This document shows positions 8,223-17,366 of a stretch of DNA of 56,508 nt, one piece after another (within the stretch, counting starts at the first letter, position 1; every line of letters begins with the position of its first letter). The position numbers and the translations under genes were made by a program. A model generated the notes under the pieces. The model saw only the letters and a program-made list of their open reading frames with translations, was not told the DNA's origin and ran no database searches. The stretch comes from Caulobacterales bacterium. GTDB taxonomy: Bacteria > Pseudomonadota > Alphaproteobacteria > Caulobacterales > Caulobacteraceae. The stretch spans positions 1 to 56,508 of the forward strand of contig JAFKGN010000166.1 of NCBI GenBank assembly GCA_017307205.1. Direction: 5' to 3'.

Positions 8223-9724
8223 GTCAGCCAGACCGCCAGCAGGAAGGCGAGGCCGGCGACGGCTGCGCCGAGGGCGAACCCGAGGCCCGCGCGCGAGCTC
8301 GGCGTCTCGACCACCGCAACGGCGGGCGTCGGCGGGGTCTCGGCGAGGCGGGCCAGGGCCTTGATGGCCCTCAGCGCCTCGGCGGTGAAATCGCGGGCCT
8401 TGGCCACTGGAGACAGCTCGCGGGCGATCCAGGCCTGAACCACCGGCTTGGCGGCGGCCCAGAGGTCGTGGTCCGGGTAGATGCGGCGGGCGACGCCCTC
8501 GACCGTGACCATGGTCTTTTGCAGCAGCACCAGCTCGGGGCGCAGCCGCATCTCGAAGAGGGCGGTGATCTCGAACAGCTGGGCCAGCAGCCGGCCCATT
8601 GAGACCTGGCTGGCGTTGCGGCCGAACACCGGCTCGCCCACCGCCCGCAGGGCCTGGGCGAAGGCGTCGACATCCTGCCCGGCCGGCACATAGCCGGCGT
8701 CGAAATGCACCTGGGCGATGCGCGGATAGTCGCGGTTGAGGAAGCCCCAGAGGATTTCCGCCAGATAGCGGCGCTCCACCGATCCCAGGCGGCCGACAAT
8801 GCCGAAGTCGATGGCGGTCACCTCGGCAGGGGCGGCGACGAACAGGTTCCCCTCGTGCAGGTCGGCGTGGAACACCCCGTGGCCGAGGGCCTGGGCCAGG
8901 AAGCCGCGCACGATATTGTCGGCGAGCCTCGGGCGGTCGAGGCCGTCCAGGGTAAGCGACGCCGGGTCGGACAGGGCCACGCCGTCGGCCCAGCCGAGGG
9001 TGAGGACGCGCTTGCCGACGCCCTCCCAGATCACCGGCGGGCAGCGCATGTAGCCGTCCTTGGCCGCCACTTCGCCGAGCTCATCGCCGCCGGCCGCCTC
9101 GAAGCGCAGGTCGAGCTCCAGCATCATGGCGCGCAGCACCACGGCCGCGAAGGCGCGCGGCTCCAGCCGGCGGGCGGGCGGCACGAAGGCGTCGACCAGC
9201 TTGGCCGCGAGAGTGAGGCTGGCCGCCTCTTCCGCCACGCGGCGTTCGATGCCGGGCCGCAGCACCTTCACCGCCACGCGCCGGCCGTCGAGCAGGCGGG
9301 CCTGGTGGGCCTGAGCCAGCGAGGCGGCGGCGACGGCCGGGCCGAATTCCGAGAACAGCGCCCCGATCGGCCGGTCGAGCGCCCGCTCGACTTCGGCTTG
9401 CGCTTCCGCGTGCGGGAACGGCGGCAGGCGATCCTTCAGGTGCGAGAGATCGTCGGCGAACTCCTTGCCGAAGATGTCGGCGCGGGTGGAGAGGAACTGG
9501 CCGAGCTTGATGGCCACCGGCCCCATGCCCTCAAGGGCGCCAGCCAGGCGCTGGCCGGGCCGCCCCTGCCGCGCCTTGGGGCCGGCGAACAGCCGCACGA
9601 GATTGCCGAGCAGGCGCGCGTTGGGCGGCAGGACGGGATTCAGTTCGCGCGGGATCAGGGCGTCGACACGCGCCAGGGTCCAGCCGGCGGCCACGAGCCG
9701 CAGAAAGGCCATCAGGCCGTTCAT
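8219..9724 (-). CDS. ubiB: Ubiquinone biosynthesis kinase-like protein UbiB
   Basis: IKLGQFLSTR.D, AAASLAQ.H.A, VAVKVLRPG, FHADLHEGN and DFGIVG. Confidence 0.95.
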   Translation of the reverse strand: MNGLMAFLRLVAAGWTLARVDALIPRELNPVLPPNARLLGNLVRLFAGPKARQGRPGQRLAGALEGMGPVAIKLGQFLSTRADIFGKEFADDLSHLKDRLPPFPHAEAQAEVERALDRPIGALFSEFGPAVAAASLAQAHQARLLDGRRVAVKVLRPGIERRVAEEAASLTLAAKLVDAFVPPARRLEPRAFAAVVLRAMMLELDLRFEAAGGDELGEVAAKDGYMRCPPVIWEGVGKRVLTLGWADGVALSDPASLTLDGLDRPRLADNIVRGFLAQALGHGVFHADLHEGNLFVAAPAEVTAIDFGIVGRLGSVERRYLAEILWGFLNRDYPRIAQVHFDAGYVPAGQDVDAFAQALRAVGEPVFGRNASQVSMGRLLAQLFEITALFEMRLRPELVLLQKTMVTVEGVARRIYPDHDLWAAAKPVVQAWIARELSPVAKARDFTAEALRAIKALARLAETPPTPAVAVVETPSSRAGLGFALGAAVAGLAFLLAVWLT

Positions 9725-9725
9725 T

Positions 9726-10481
9726 TCAGATCGCGCGCCCAGTATGCAGCGCCGCGACGCCGGCGGTGAAGTTGTCGTATCGCACCTGGCTGAAGCCGGC
9801 CTCGCGCATCATGCCGGCGAACGCCTCCTGCACCGGGAAGCGGCGGATGCTTTCCACGAGGTACTGATAGGAGGCGCGGTCCTTGGCGACGAGCTCGCCC
9901 ATGGCCGGGATCAGGCCGAAGGAATAGGCGTCGTAGGCCGAGGCCAGGGCCTCGGTGACCGGGCGCGAGAATTCCAGGCAGGCGAAGCGGCCGCCCGGCT
10001 TCAGCACGCGGCGCGCCTCGCGCAGGGCGGCGGAGATATCGGTGACGTTGCGGATGCCGAAGGCGATGGAATAGGCGTCGGCGCAGGCGTCGGGCAGCGG
10101 CAGACGCTGAGCGTCGCCCACCGACCAGACGATTTCCGGCTCGCCGCCCTTGGCGATGCCAGCCGCGATCATCTCGCCGTTGTAGTCGATCACCGCCACC
10201 TGGGCGTCCGGGCCGCCGCGACGGGCCTGGGCCGCGCGGGCCAGCTTGGCGTAGCGCCGGGCCATGTCGCCGGTGCCGCCGGCCACGTCGACGATGAACT
10301 CGCCGGGCTGCGGATTGATCTTGGCGGCCATGGCGTCTTTCCACAGTCGGTGGACGCCGAGGCTCATCACGTCGTTCATCAGGTCGTAGCGGCTGGCGAC
10401 GCGGTCGAAGACGCCGCGCACCAGTTTCGGCTTTTCGGCCGGATCGACGTCCTGATATCCGAAGGTGGCCCGAGTGTTCAT
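9726..10481 (-). CDS. ubiE: Ubiquinone/menaquinone C-methyltransferase
   Basis: [39 protein letters not shown] and YQYLVESI. Confidence 0.95.
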   Translation of the reverse strand: MNTRATFGYQDVDPAEKPKLVRGVFDRVASRYDLMNDVMSLGVHRLWKDAMAAKINPQPGEFIVDVAGGTGDMARRYAKLARAAQARRGGPDAQVAVIDYNGEMIAAGIAKGGEPEIVWSVGDAQRLPLPDACADAYSIAFGIRNVTDISAALREARRVLKPGGRFACLEFSRPVTEALASAYDAYSFGLIPAMGELVAKDRASYQYLVESIRRFPVQEAFAGMMREAGFSQVRYDNFTAGVAALHTGRAI

Positions 10482-10514
10482 GCGGGCGTCATAGCTCCGC
10501 TGGTCGCCGCCGTC

Positions 10515-11381
10515 ATGCCTGAACTGCCCGAGGTTGAAACCGTTCGACGCGGTTTGGCCCCCGCCCTGGAGGGCCATCGCCTGGCGCGCGTCGAGGCGCG
10601 GCGGCCGGACCTGCGCTTTCCCCTGCCCGACGGCTTCGTCCAACGGCTGACCGGCGCGCGCATCGAGCGGCTGGACCGGCGGGCGAAATACCTGCTGGCG
10701 CCGCTGGATCGCGGTGACACCCTGGTGATGCACCTGGGCATGACGGGCCGTTTCGACGTGACCACGCCGCAGGGCGATCACCTGCGGCCCGGAGAATTCT
10801 ACGAGACCGTCGGCGACAACCCGAAGCACGAGCATGTGCTGTTCGTCACCGACGACGGAACGCGCGTCGCCTATTCCGATCCGCGCCGCTTCGGCTTCAT
10901 GGACCTGGTCCCCACCGACCGGCTGGCCGAGCATCCGTGGTTCAAGGGCATGGGGCCGGAGCCGCTGGGCCAGGACTTCACGATCGCGACCCTGGCCGAC
11001 GCCTTCGAAGGGCGCAAGCAGGGCCCCAAGACCCTGCTGCTCGACCAGCGCATCGTGGCGGGCCTGGGCAACATCTATGTGTGCGAGGCCCTGTGGCGGG
11101 CGCACATCGATCCGTTCAAGCCGGCGGGCGGCATCGCGAAGACGCGGCTCGGCCCGCTGGTCGACGCGATCCGCCAGGTGCTGGCCGAGGCCATCGAGGC
11201 CGGCGGCTCCACCCTGCGCGACTTCGCCCACGCCGATGGGGCGCTGGGCTACTTCCAGCACCGGTTCAGCGTCTACGACCGCGAGGGCGAGGCCTGCCAG
11301 ACGCCGGGCTGCAAGGGGGTGATCGCCCGGCAGGTGCAGGCCGGACGCTCGACCTTCTTCTGCCCCGTTTGCCAGCGCTAG
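10515..11381 (+). CDS. mutM: Formamidopyrimidine-DNA glycosylase
   Basis: MPELPEVE start, HLGMTG, DPRRFG, GLGNIY and C-terminal zinc finger CQTPGC...CPVCQ. Confidence 0.97.
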   Translation: MPELPEVETVRRGLAPALEGHRLARVEARRPDLRFPLPDGFVQRLTGARIERLDRRAKYLLAPLDRGDTLVMHLGMTGRFDVTTPQGDHLRPGEFYETVGDNPKHEHVLFVTDDGTRVAYSDPRRFGFMDLVPTDRLAEHPWFKGMGPEPLGQDFTIATLADAFEGRKQGPKTLLLDQRIVAGLGNIYVCEALWRAHIDPFKPAGGIAKTRLGPLVDAIRQVLAEAIEAGGSTLRDFAHADGALGYFQHRFSVYDREGEACQTPGCKGVIARQVQAGRSTFFCPVCQR

Positions 11382-11389
11382 ATCGCCCG

Positions 11390-12250
11390 ATGCTGCGCCG
11401 CCTGCTCACCCTCGCCCTGCTGACCGCCCTGCCCGCGCAGGCGCTCGCCATGCCGCCGATGTGGGTGGTGCGCGACGCCGACAGCGAGATCGTGCTGTTC
11501 GGATCGGTGCACGTGCTGCCGCGCGACCTGAACTGGCGGCCGCCCGCCCTGGGCGCCGCCCTGGCCCGCGCCGACGACCTTTGGTTCGAGATCCCATTCG
11601 ACGCCGCCACCCAGGCCCGGTTCGGCGCCCTGGCCCGCGATCAGGGCCTGCAGCCGCCGGGGCGGCGGCTCTCCAGCCAGCTTTCGCCGCGCGGACGGGC
11701 GCGCCTGAGGACGGTCTGCGCCCGGCTGGGCGTGAACGAGAACGTCATCGAAGGCCTGCGGCCTTGGCTGGCGGAGGTGCAGATCTCGCTCGCCGCCCTC
11801 GCCCGCTATGAAGCGGGCGCCGCAGACGGGGTCGAGCAGAAGCTCTCGGCCGAAGCCCCGAGCAGCGCGCGGCGCGAGGCGTTCGAGACGCCCGAGCAGC
11901 AGATCGCCATGTTCGCCGACGCCCCGCTGGCCGAGCAGATCGCCTCGCTGGAGCAGACGCTGCGGGATGTCGACACCGACCCCGAGAGCTATCAGCGCCT
12001 GCTCGACGCCTGGATGAGCGGCGATCCCCGCAAGATCGAGAAGGAAGGGCTGACGCCCCTGCGCCACGCCTCGCCGGCGCTTTACCGGCGGCTAGTCACC
12101 GAGCGGAACGCCCGCTGGGTGCAGACCATCGCCCAGCGCATGCAGGGCTCGGGCCGCACGGTGATGGTGGTGGGCGCCGGCCACCTGGCCGGGCCGGACG
12201 GGGTGCCCGCCCGCCTGCGGGCGCTGGGCTTCAAGGTCGAAGGCCCGTAA
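11390..12250 (+). CDS. TraB/GumN family protein (secreted)
   Basis: Signal peptide; LFGSVH, GVE, FET.EQQ, ERN.RW and VVGAGHL.G..GV. Confidence 0.88.
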   Translation: MLRRLLTLALLTALPAQALAMPPMWVVRDADSEIVLFGSVHVLPRDLNWRPPALGAALARADDLWFEIPFDAATQARFGALARDQGLQPPGRRLSSQLSPRGRARLRTVCARLGVNENVIEGLRPWLAEVQISLAALARYEAGAADGVEQKLSAEAPSSARREAFETPEQQIAMFADAPLAEQIASLEQTLRDVDTDPESYQRLLDAWMSGDPRKIEKEGLTPLRHASPALYRRLVTERNARWVQTIAQRMQGSGRTVMVVGAGHLAGPDGVPARLRALGFKVEGP

Positions 12251-12279
12251 ATATCCGGGGCAGCGTAAGGAGCCCCGCC

Positions 12280-13068
12280 ATGGCCTATGAGACCCTGATT
12301 GTCGAAACCGCGCCGGAGGGCGCAGACGGCGTCGCGCTCATCCGCCTCAATCGGCCCGAGGCGCTGAACGCCTTCAATGATGTGCTGATGAACGAGCTGA
12401 CCGAGGCCCTCGACAGGGCCGAGGCGGACGACGCCGTCGGGGCCATCGTCATCACCGGCTCAGACAAGGCCTTCGCGGCCGGCGCCGACATCAAGGCCAT
12501 GGCCGCCAAGACCTACGCCGAGGCCTATGGCGAGGACTTCATCACCAAGAACTGGGAGCGGGCCTCGCGCTGCCGCAAGCCGGTGATCGCCGCGGTGGCC
12601 GGCTACGCCCTGGGCGGCGGCTGCGAGCTGGCGATGATGTGCGACTTCATCATCGCCGCCGACAACGCCAAGTTCGGCCAGCCCGAGGTCTCCATCGGCG
12701 TCTCGCCCGGCGCGGGCGGCACCCAGCGCCTGCCGCGCTATGTCGGCAAGGCCAAGGCGATGGACCTGATCCTGACCGGCCGGATGATGGATGCCGCCGA
12801 GGCCGAGCGATCGGGCCTGGTGAGCCGGGTGGTCCCCCTGGCCGATCTCGTGCCCGAGGCCCTGAAGGCGGCGGCCAGGATCGCCGCCCAGCCGCCGATG
12901 GTGGTGCGGATGACCAAGGAGATGATCGAAGCCGCCTTCGACACGCCGCTGTCGGCCGGGCTGAAGCTGGAGCGGCGGCTGTTCCACTCCCTGTTCGGGC
13001 TGGAGGATCAGCGCGAAGGCATGGCGGCCTTCGTCGAGAAGCGGAAGCCGGTCTTCAAGGGCCGGTGA
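12280..13068 (+). CDS. Enoyl-CoA hydratase
   Basis: [34 protein letters not shown] and GGTQRL. Confidence 0.93.
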   Translation: MAYETLIVETAPEGADGVALIRLNRPEALNAFNDVLMNELTEALDRAEADDAVGAIVITGSDKAFAAGADIKAMAAKTYAEAYGEDFITKNWERASRCRKPVIAAVAGYALGGGCELAMMCDFIIAADNAKFGQPEVSIGVSPGAGGTQRLPRYVGKAKAMDLILTGRMMDAAEAERSGLVSRVVPLADLVPEALKAAARIAAQPPMVVRMTKEMIEAAFDTPLSAGLKLERRLFHSLFGLEDQREGMAAFVEKRKPVFKGR

Positions 13069-13094
13069 ATCTGGCGGCCGCCGCCCGGAGCGCA

Positions 13095-13121
13095 TTGACC
13101 GATGCCAGTCCTTGTCCTATA
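13095..13121 (+). promoter_or_regulatory. Putative housekeeping-sigma promoter of rpsT
   Basis: TTGACC at 13095-13100 and CCTATA at 13116-13121. Confidence 0.55.
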
Positions 13122-13187
13122 GGCGCGCCCTTCGAATTTTTTCGTGCGTCGTCATGTGGCGATGCGCGCTACCGACTGGGAACACCG

Positions 13188-13457
13188 ATGGCCAATAACC
13201 CCGGCGCCAAGAAAGCGATCCGCAAGATCGAACGCCGCACCGAGGTGAACGGCGCGCGCCGTTCGCGCGTCCGCACCTTCATCCGCAAGTTTGAAGAGGC
13301 TCTGGCCGGCGGCGACGCCGCTGTCGCCAAGACCGCCTTCGTCCAGGCGGAGTCGGAACTGATGCGCGCCGTCTCGAAGGGCGTGGTTCACAAGAACACC
13401 GGTTCGCGCAAGGTCTCGCGCCTGGCCGCCCAGCTGAAGAAGCTGGCGACCGCTTAA
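13188..13457 (+). CDS. rpsT: 30S ribosomal protein S20
   Basis: [13 protein letters not shown]...N..RRSRVRTF...[16 protein letters not shown]. Confidence 0.97.
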   Translation: MANNPGAKKAIRKIERRTEVNGARRSRVRTFIRKFEEALAGGDAAVAKTAFVQAESELMRAVSKGVVHKNTGSRKVSRLAAQLKKLATA

Positions 13458-13518
13458 TTAAGCGGCGGCCTTCCAAGGCCACGCTATTAAGTTATGCAAT
13501 TCAAACCCCTATGGGGTT

Positions 13519-13546
13519 AAGGCCGCCGTTTACGGCGGCCTTTTTT
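13519..13546 (+). terminator. rpsT Rho-independent terminator
   Basis: AAGGCCGCCGT-TT-ACGGCGGCCTT followed by a T run. Confidence 0.85.
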
Positions 13547-13617
13547 CGTGCCCGGAAGTTCGCCGTTAAGGGTAAAAACGTCGCACCGAAAATTCGCCTC
13601 ACAGGCTTTCCCTTGGC

Positions 13618-13866
13618 GTTTCCACACCTTGTGAGAGTCAACAGGATTATCGCCGCAGAGAGTGATTCTTTGCGCTTGAAGGCGGCTCCCGCACCGCTAA
13701 TTTGAACACCTCGACGGTTCTTCTTCCTTCTTTTGACGGTTGAATGACGGTGACGGCGGGCGCGTGCGTTCGGCGATTAAGTCTCTGTGTTTGTTACGGT
13801 TTGCAGGTCGCTTGGGGGCGGCCTCTGAACGTGTCGGCGGTTTTCTGCGAAGGGGCGATCAAGGAA
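13618..13866 (+). promoter_or_regulatory. dnaA promoter with two GANTC (CcrM) sites and a long 5' leader
   Basis: GAGTC 13635-13639 and GATTC 13664-13668; -35 TTGAAG 13676-13681 and -10 GCTAATTT 13696-13703; about 155 nt of leader to ATG 13867; DnaA-box-like GTTTCCACA at 13618-13626. Confidence 0.65.
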
Positions 13867-15324
13867 ATGACGACGAAGGGACATGCAGGCCAGGCCGCCC
13901 CCGTGGGCGCCGTGTGGAACAAGGCTTGCCAGACCCTGAAGCATGAGCTGGGCGACGCCGCCTTCGGCTCGTGGCTGGCTCAAGCTGCGCTGCGTGAAAC
14001 CGCGGCCGGTGATCTGGTTCTGGTGACGCCGACCGGCGTGGCGCGCGACTGGATCCGCCGCAACGCGTGGCGCCGCATCGGGGAAGTGTGGGCTCAGAAC
14101 GACCCGGCGCACCGCCGCATCGATCTGAAGTCGCGCCGTGAGTTCGAACTCGAAGGCGGCGACAGCGCCGAGGCGGCCCCTGTCGCCGAGATTATCGAGA
14201 TCGCCCTGCCGGTGTCTTCGGACGTTCCGGCCGTGGCTCCAGCCTTCGGTCCGGCCGCCGTCGCCGGCGCCCAACGCCCGCAGCGCCTCGCCGGCCTGCA
14301 GGAGCGCCTGACCTTCGACAGCTTCGTGCCGGGTCCGGCCAACGAGTTCGCGCACGCCGTGGCCCGCCGGGTCGCCTCGTGGAGCGACGGCCACTTCAAC
14401 CCCGTGCTGTTCCACGGCCCCTATGGCTTCGGCAAAACCCACCTGCTGAACGCCCTGGCCTGGGAAGCCATGCGCGCGGCGCCGGAGAAGCGGGTGGTCT
14501 ACCTGACCGCTGAGCGCTTCCTGTCGACCTTCGTGCGGGCGGTGATGGATCGCCAGACCTCGGCCTTCAAGGACGAGCTGCGCGCCGCCGACCTCTTGAT
14601 CATCGACGACGTGCACTTCGTGGGCGGCAAGCAGTCGACCCAGGAAGAGCTGTTCCACACCCTGACCGCCCTCGTCGAAGACGGCCGCCGGGTGGTGTTC
14701 TCGGCCGACCGCGCCCCGAGCGCCCTGACCGAGATCGACGCCCGCCTGCGCTCGCACCTGCAGTCCGGCCTGGTTTGCGGCATCGAGCCGGCCGACCGCA
14801 CGCTCCGCCTCGGCATCCTGGAGCGCAAGCTCGAGCAGCTGGGCCGTCAGCAGAACTTCTCGGGCGCCGCCCGGGGCGAGGTGCTGCAGTTCCTGGCCGA
14901 CCGCTTCACCGACAGCGTGCGTGAGCTGGAAGGCGCCCTGAACACCCTCGTGGCCCGCGTGGGCGACGGCGTGGCCACCCTGTCGCTCGACGAGGCCCAG
15001 GCGATCCTGCGTCCGCACCTGCGCGGCGCCGAAAAGCGCATCACCATCGACGACATCCAGAAGGCCACCGCCGAGCACTACGGCATGAAGCAGGCCGATC
15101 TGATCTCGGAACGCCGCAACCGCTCGATCGCCCGTCCGCGTCAGGCGGCCATGTGGCTGGCCAAGCAGCTGACCACGCGCAGCCTGCCGGACATCGGCCG
15201 TCGCTTCGGGGGACGCGACCACACCACCGTGCTGCACGCCGTGCGCCGTATCGAAGCCCTGCGCGGCGAAGACGCGAGCCTGGCCCGCGACCTGGAAGCC
15301 CTGACCCGCAAGCTGCGGGGCTAA
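13867..15324 (+). CDS. dnaA: Chromosomal replication initiator
   Basis: Walker A GPYGFGKTHL, LLIIDD, QEELFHT, RELEGAL and FGGRDHTTVLHA. Start MTTKG follows AAGGAA and resembles the Caulobacter N-terminus. Confidence 0.98.
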   Translation: MTTKGHAGQAAPVGAVWNKACQTLKHELGDAAFGSWLAQAALRETAAGDLVLVTPTGVARDWIRRNAWRRIGEVWAQNDPAHRRIDLKSRREFELEGGDSAEAAPVAEIIEIALPVSSDVPAVAPAFGPAAVAGAQRPQRLAGLQERLTFDSFVPGPANEFAHAVARRVASWSDGHFNPVLFHGPYGFGKTHLLNALAWEAMRAAPEKRVVYLTAERFLSTFVRAVMDRQTSAFKDELRAADLLIIDDVHFVGGKQSTQEELFHTLTALVEDGRRVVFSADRAPSALTEIDARLRSHLQSGLVCGIEPADRTLRLGILERKLEQLGRQQNFSGAARGEVLQFLADRFTDSVRELEGALNTLVARVGDGVATLSLDEAQAILRPHLRGAEKRITIDDIQKATAEHYGMKQADLISERRNRSIARPRQAAMWLAKQLTTRSLPDIGRRFGGRDHTTVLHAVRRIEALRGEDASLARDLEALTRKLRG

Positions 15325-15328
15325 GTCC

Positions 15329-16630
15329 TCAAGGGACCTTCGGCGGCGGGAGCTTCCCGCCGCTGGAGCCCTGGGTGATCAGCCGGGCGCTGCGCTGGTT
15401 GCGCGCGTGAATCCACAGCCAGTTGATGGCGACGTTCAGCCGGCTGCGGACCCCGATCAGGAAGTAGATGTGGGCAATGCCCCACAGCCACCAGGCCAGC
15501 GCGCCGCGCAGCTTGAAGTCGCCCAGGGCGATCACCGCCCGCTTCTTGCCGATCTGCGCCAGGCTGCCCTGGTGCTGGTAGCGGAAGGGCGCGGCCGCCG
15601 GCCGGCGCGAGAGGCGACGACGGATCACATCGGCGACATAGAAGCCCTGCTGCTTGGCGGCCGGGGCGATGCCGGGGGCGGGCTTGCCGTCCGGCCCGGC
15701 GATGCTGACCGTGTCGCCGATGGCGAAGATGTCGGGATGGCCGGGGGCGGTGAGGTCCGGCTCAACGAGCAGGCGGCCCGCCCGGTCCGCCGGGGCCTGC
15801 AGCCATTCCGCCGCCGGAGAAGCGCGCACGCCGGCCGCCCAGAGGATGGTGCGGGCGGCCAGACGCTCGTCGCCGAGGGCCACGCCTTCGGCCGTGACAT
15901 CGGTCACCGCCTGGCCGAGGCGCACCTCGACCCCCAGCCGCTCCAGCGAGCGCCGGGCGTAGTCCGAAAGATCGTCCGGATAGCCGCCGAGCACGCGCGC
16001 CCCGGCCTCGATCAGCAGCACGCGGGCGCCGGTGGTGTCGATGTTGCGGAACTCCGGCGGCAGGGTGTCGCGCGCCAGCTCGGCGATGGTCCCGGCCAGC
16101 TCGACCCCGGTCGGGCCGGCGCCGACGATGACGAAGGTCAGCAGGGCCGCCTGCACGGCGGGATCGGCCTCCCGCTCGGCCGCCTCGAAGGCCAGCAGCA
16201 TGCGGCGGCGGATGGTGGTGGCGTCCTCGATGGTCTTGAGGCCGAGGGCGAAGGGCTCCCACTCGTCGTGGCCGAAGTAGGCGTGGCGGGCGCCGGTGGC
16301 CAGGACCAGGGTGTCGTAGGCCAGGGTCGAGCCGTCCTCGAGGCTCACGGTGTGGGCGGCGGCGTCGACGCCGGTGACGGTGGCCAGCAGGGTGGTCACC
16401 TCCGGGCGGTCGCGCACCAGGTTGCGGATCGGCCAGGCGATCTCGGAGGTCGCCAGGGAGGCGGTGGCCACCTGGTAGAGCAGCGGCTGGAACAGGTGGT
16501 GATTGCGGCGGTCGACGAAGGTGATGCGGACCCCCGCACCTTTCTTGGCCGCGCCGGCCAGGCCCTTGACCACCGAAAGCCCGCCGAAACCGCCCCCGAC
16601 GACGACGACGTGATGGGGTTCGGACGGCAT
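15329..16630 (-). CDS. ndh: Type II NADH dehydrogenase (NDH-2) family FAD oxidoreductase
   Basis: VGGGFGG, FQPLLYQVAT, VGAGPTGVELAG, IFAIGD and APAAKQQG. Confidence 0.9.
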   Translation of the reverse strand: MPSEPHHVVVVGGGFGGLSVVKGLAGAAKKGAGVRITFVDRRNHHLFQPLLYQVATASLATSEIAWPIRNLVRDRPEVTTLLATVTGVDAAAHTVSLEDGSTLAYDTLVLATGARHAYFGHDEWEPFALGLKTIEDATTIRRRMLLAFEAAEREADPAVQAALLTFVIVGAGPTGVELAGTIAELARDTLPPEFRNIDTTGARVLLIEAGARVLGGYPDDLSDYARRSLERLGVEVRLGQAVTDVTAEGVALGDERLAARTILWAAGVRASPAAEWLQAPADRAGRLLVEPDLTAPGHPDIFAIGDTVSIAGPDGKPAPGIAPAAKQQGFYVADVIRRRLSRRPAAAPFRYQHQGSLAQIGKKRAVIALGDFKLRGALAWWLWGIAHIYFLIGVRSRLNVAINWLWIHARNQRSARLITQGSSGGKLPPPKVP

Positions 16631-16698
16631 GGGCGTACTCCAGCTTTGCTGGACGCGCACCTTGCGCCTTCGCGCCTGCGAAGGCGAGGGCTCAAGCG

Positions 16699-17298
16699 TC
16701 AGCGTGAGCGGCGCAGGGTGAGGTTGATCCGCCCGCCGCCGGGGATCAGCCGCGAGGATCCGGTCAGCACCCGGTCGATGCCGTGCCGCGCCAGTCGGGC
16801 CTCGCCGGCCAGGGCGCAGACGTCGCCGGAGGCGAGGCGAACGGTCGAGGTAGGGCCTCCCTCCGCTGGTCCGATGCGGAAGATCGCCGTGTCGCCGAGC
16901 GAGACCGACAGCACCGGCGCGGTGTGGTCGACCTCGTCGCGATCCTGGTGCAGGCCCATGCGGGCGCCGTCGCGGTAGAGGTTGACGAGGCAGGCGTCGG
17001 GCGGCCGCTGCGGATCGGCGAGCTCGGCCCAGAGGTCGAGCAGGACTTGCGGGATGGCGGGCCAGGGCCGCGCGGTGACGGGGTGTGCTTCCTGATACCG
17101 ATAGCCGCGCTCGCGGTCGGTGACCCAGCCCAGCGGGCCGAGATTGGTCATTTCCACGCTCATCGGACGACCACCCGGCGTCACCGGGCGATAAAACGGT
17201 GCGTCATCCGCTGCGCCCAAGACTTGCCGCACCAGGGTTTCCTGGGTTTCGGGGTCCAATCGACCCGGCCACAGCCCGAATCCTGACAAAACCTTCAT
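16699..17298 (-). CDS. alkB: Alpha-ketoglutarate-dependent dioxygenase AlkB
   Basis: GWVTD..GYRY, PDACLVNLY...MGLHQD, HG and RINLTLR. Confidence 0.93.
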   Translation of the reverse strand: MKVLSGFGLWPGRLDPETQETLVRQVLGAADDAPFYRPVTPGGRPMSVEMTNLGPLGWVTDRERGYRYQEAHPVTARPWPAIPQVLLDLWAELADPQRPPDACLVNLYRDGARMGLHQDRDEVDHTAPVLSVSLGDTAIFRIGPAEGGPTSTVRLASGDVCALAGEARLARHGIDRVLTGSSRLIPGGGRINLTLRRSR

Positions 17299-17366
17299 GT
17301 TGCCTATCTGGCCCCCCGGTCGGCCCCGGCCTAGGGTGACCGGCTAAAATTGGGAGCGAGCGCTAC

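Noticed and set aside
13458-13866. Replication origin next to dnaA
   Set aside because: Only one imperfect DnaA box and no full TTAA-N7-TTAA CtrA site were found. The Caulobacter origin lies near hemE, which is not in this window.
13744-13866. Longer N-termini in the ORF track for dnaA (also dnaK, pnp, mutM, ubiE, glnD)
   Set aside because: Homology and RBS placement favour the downstream starts; the extensions are leader or neighbouring-gene sequence.
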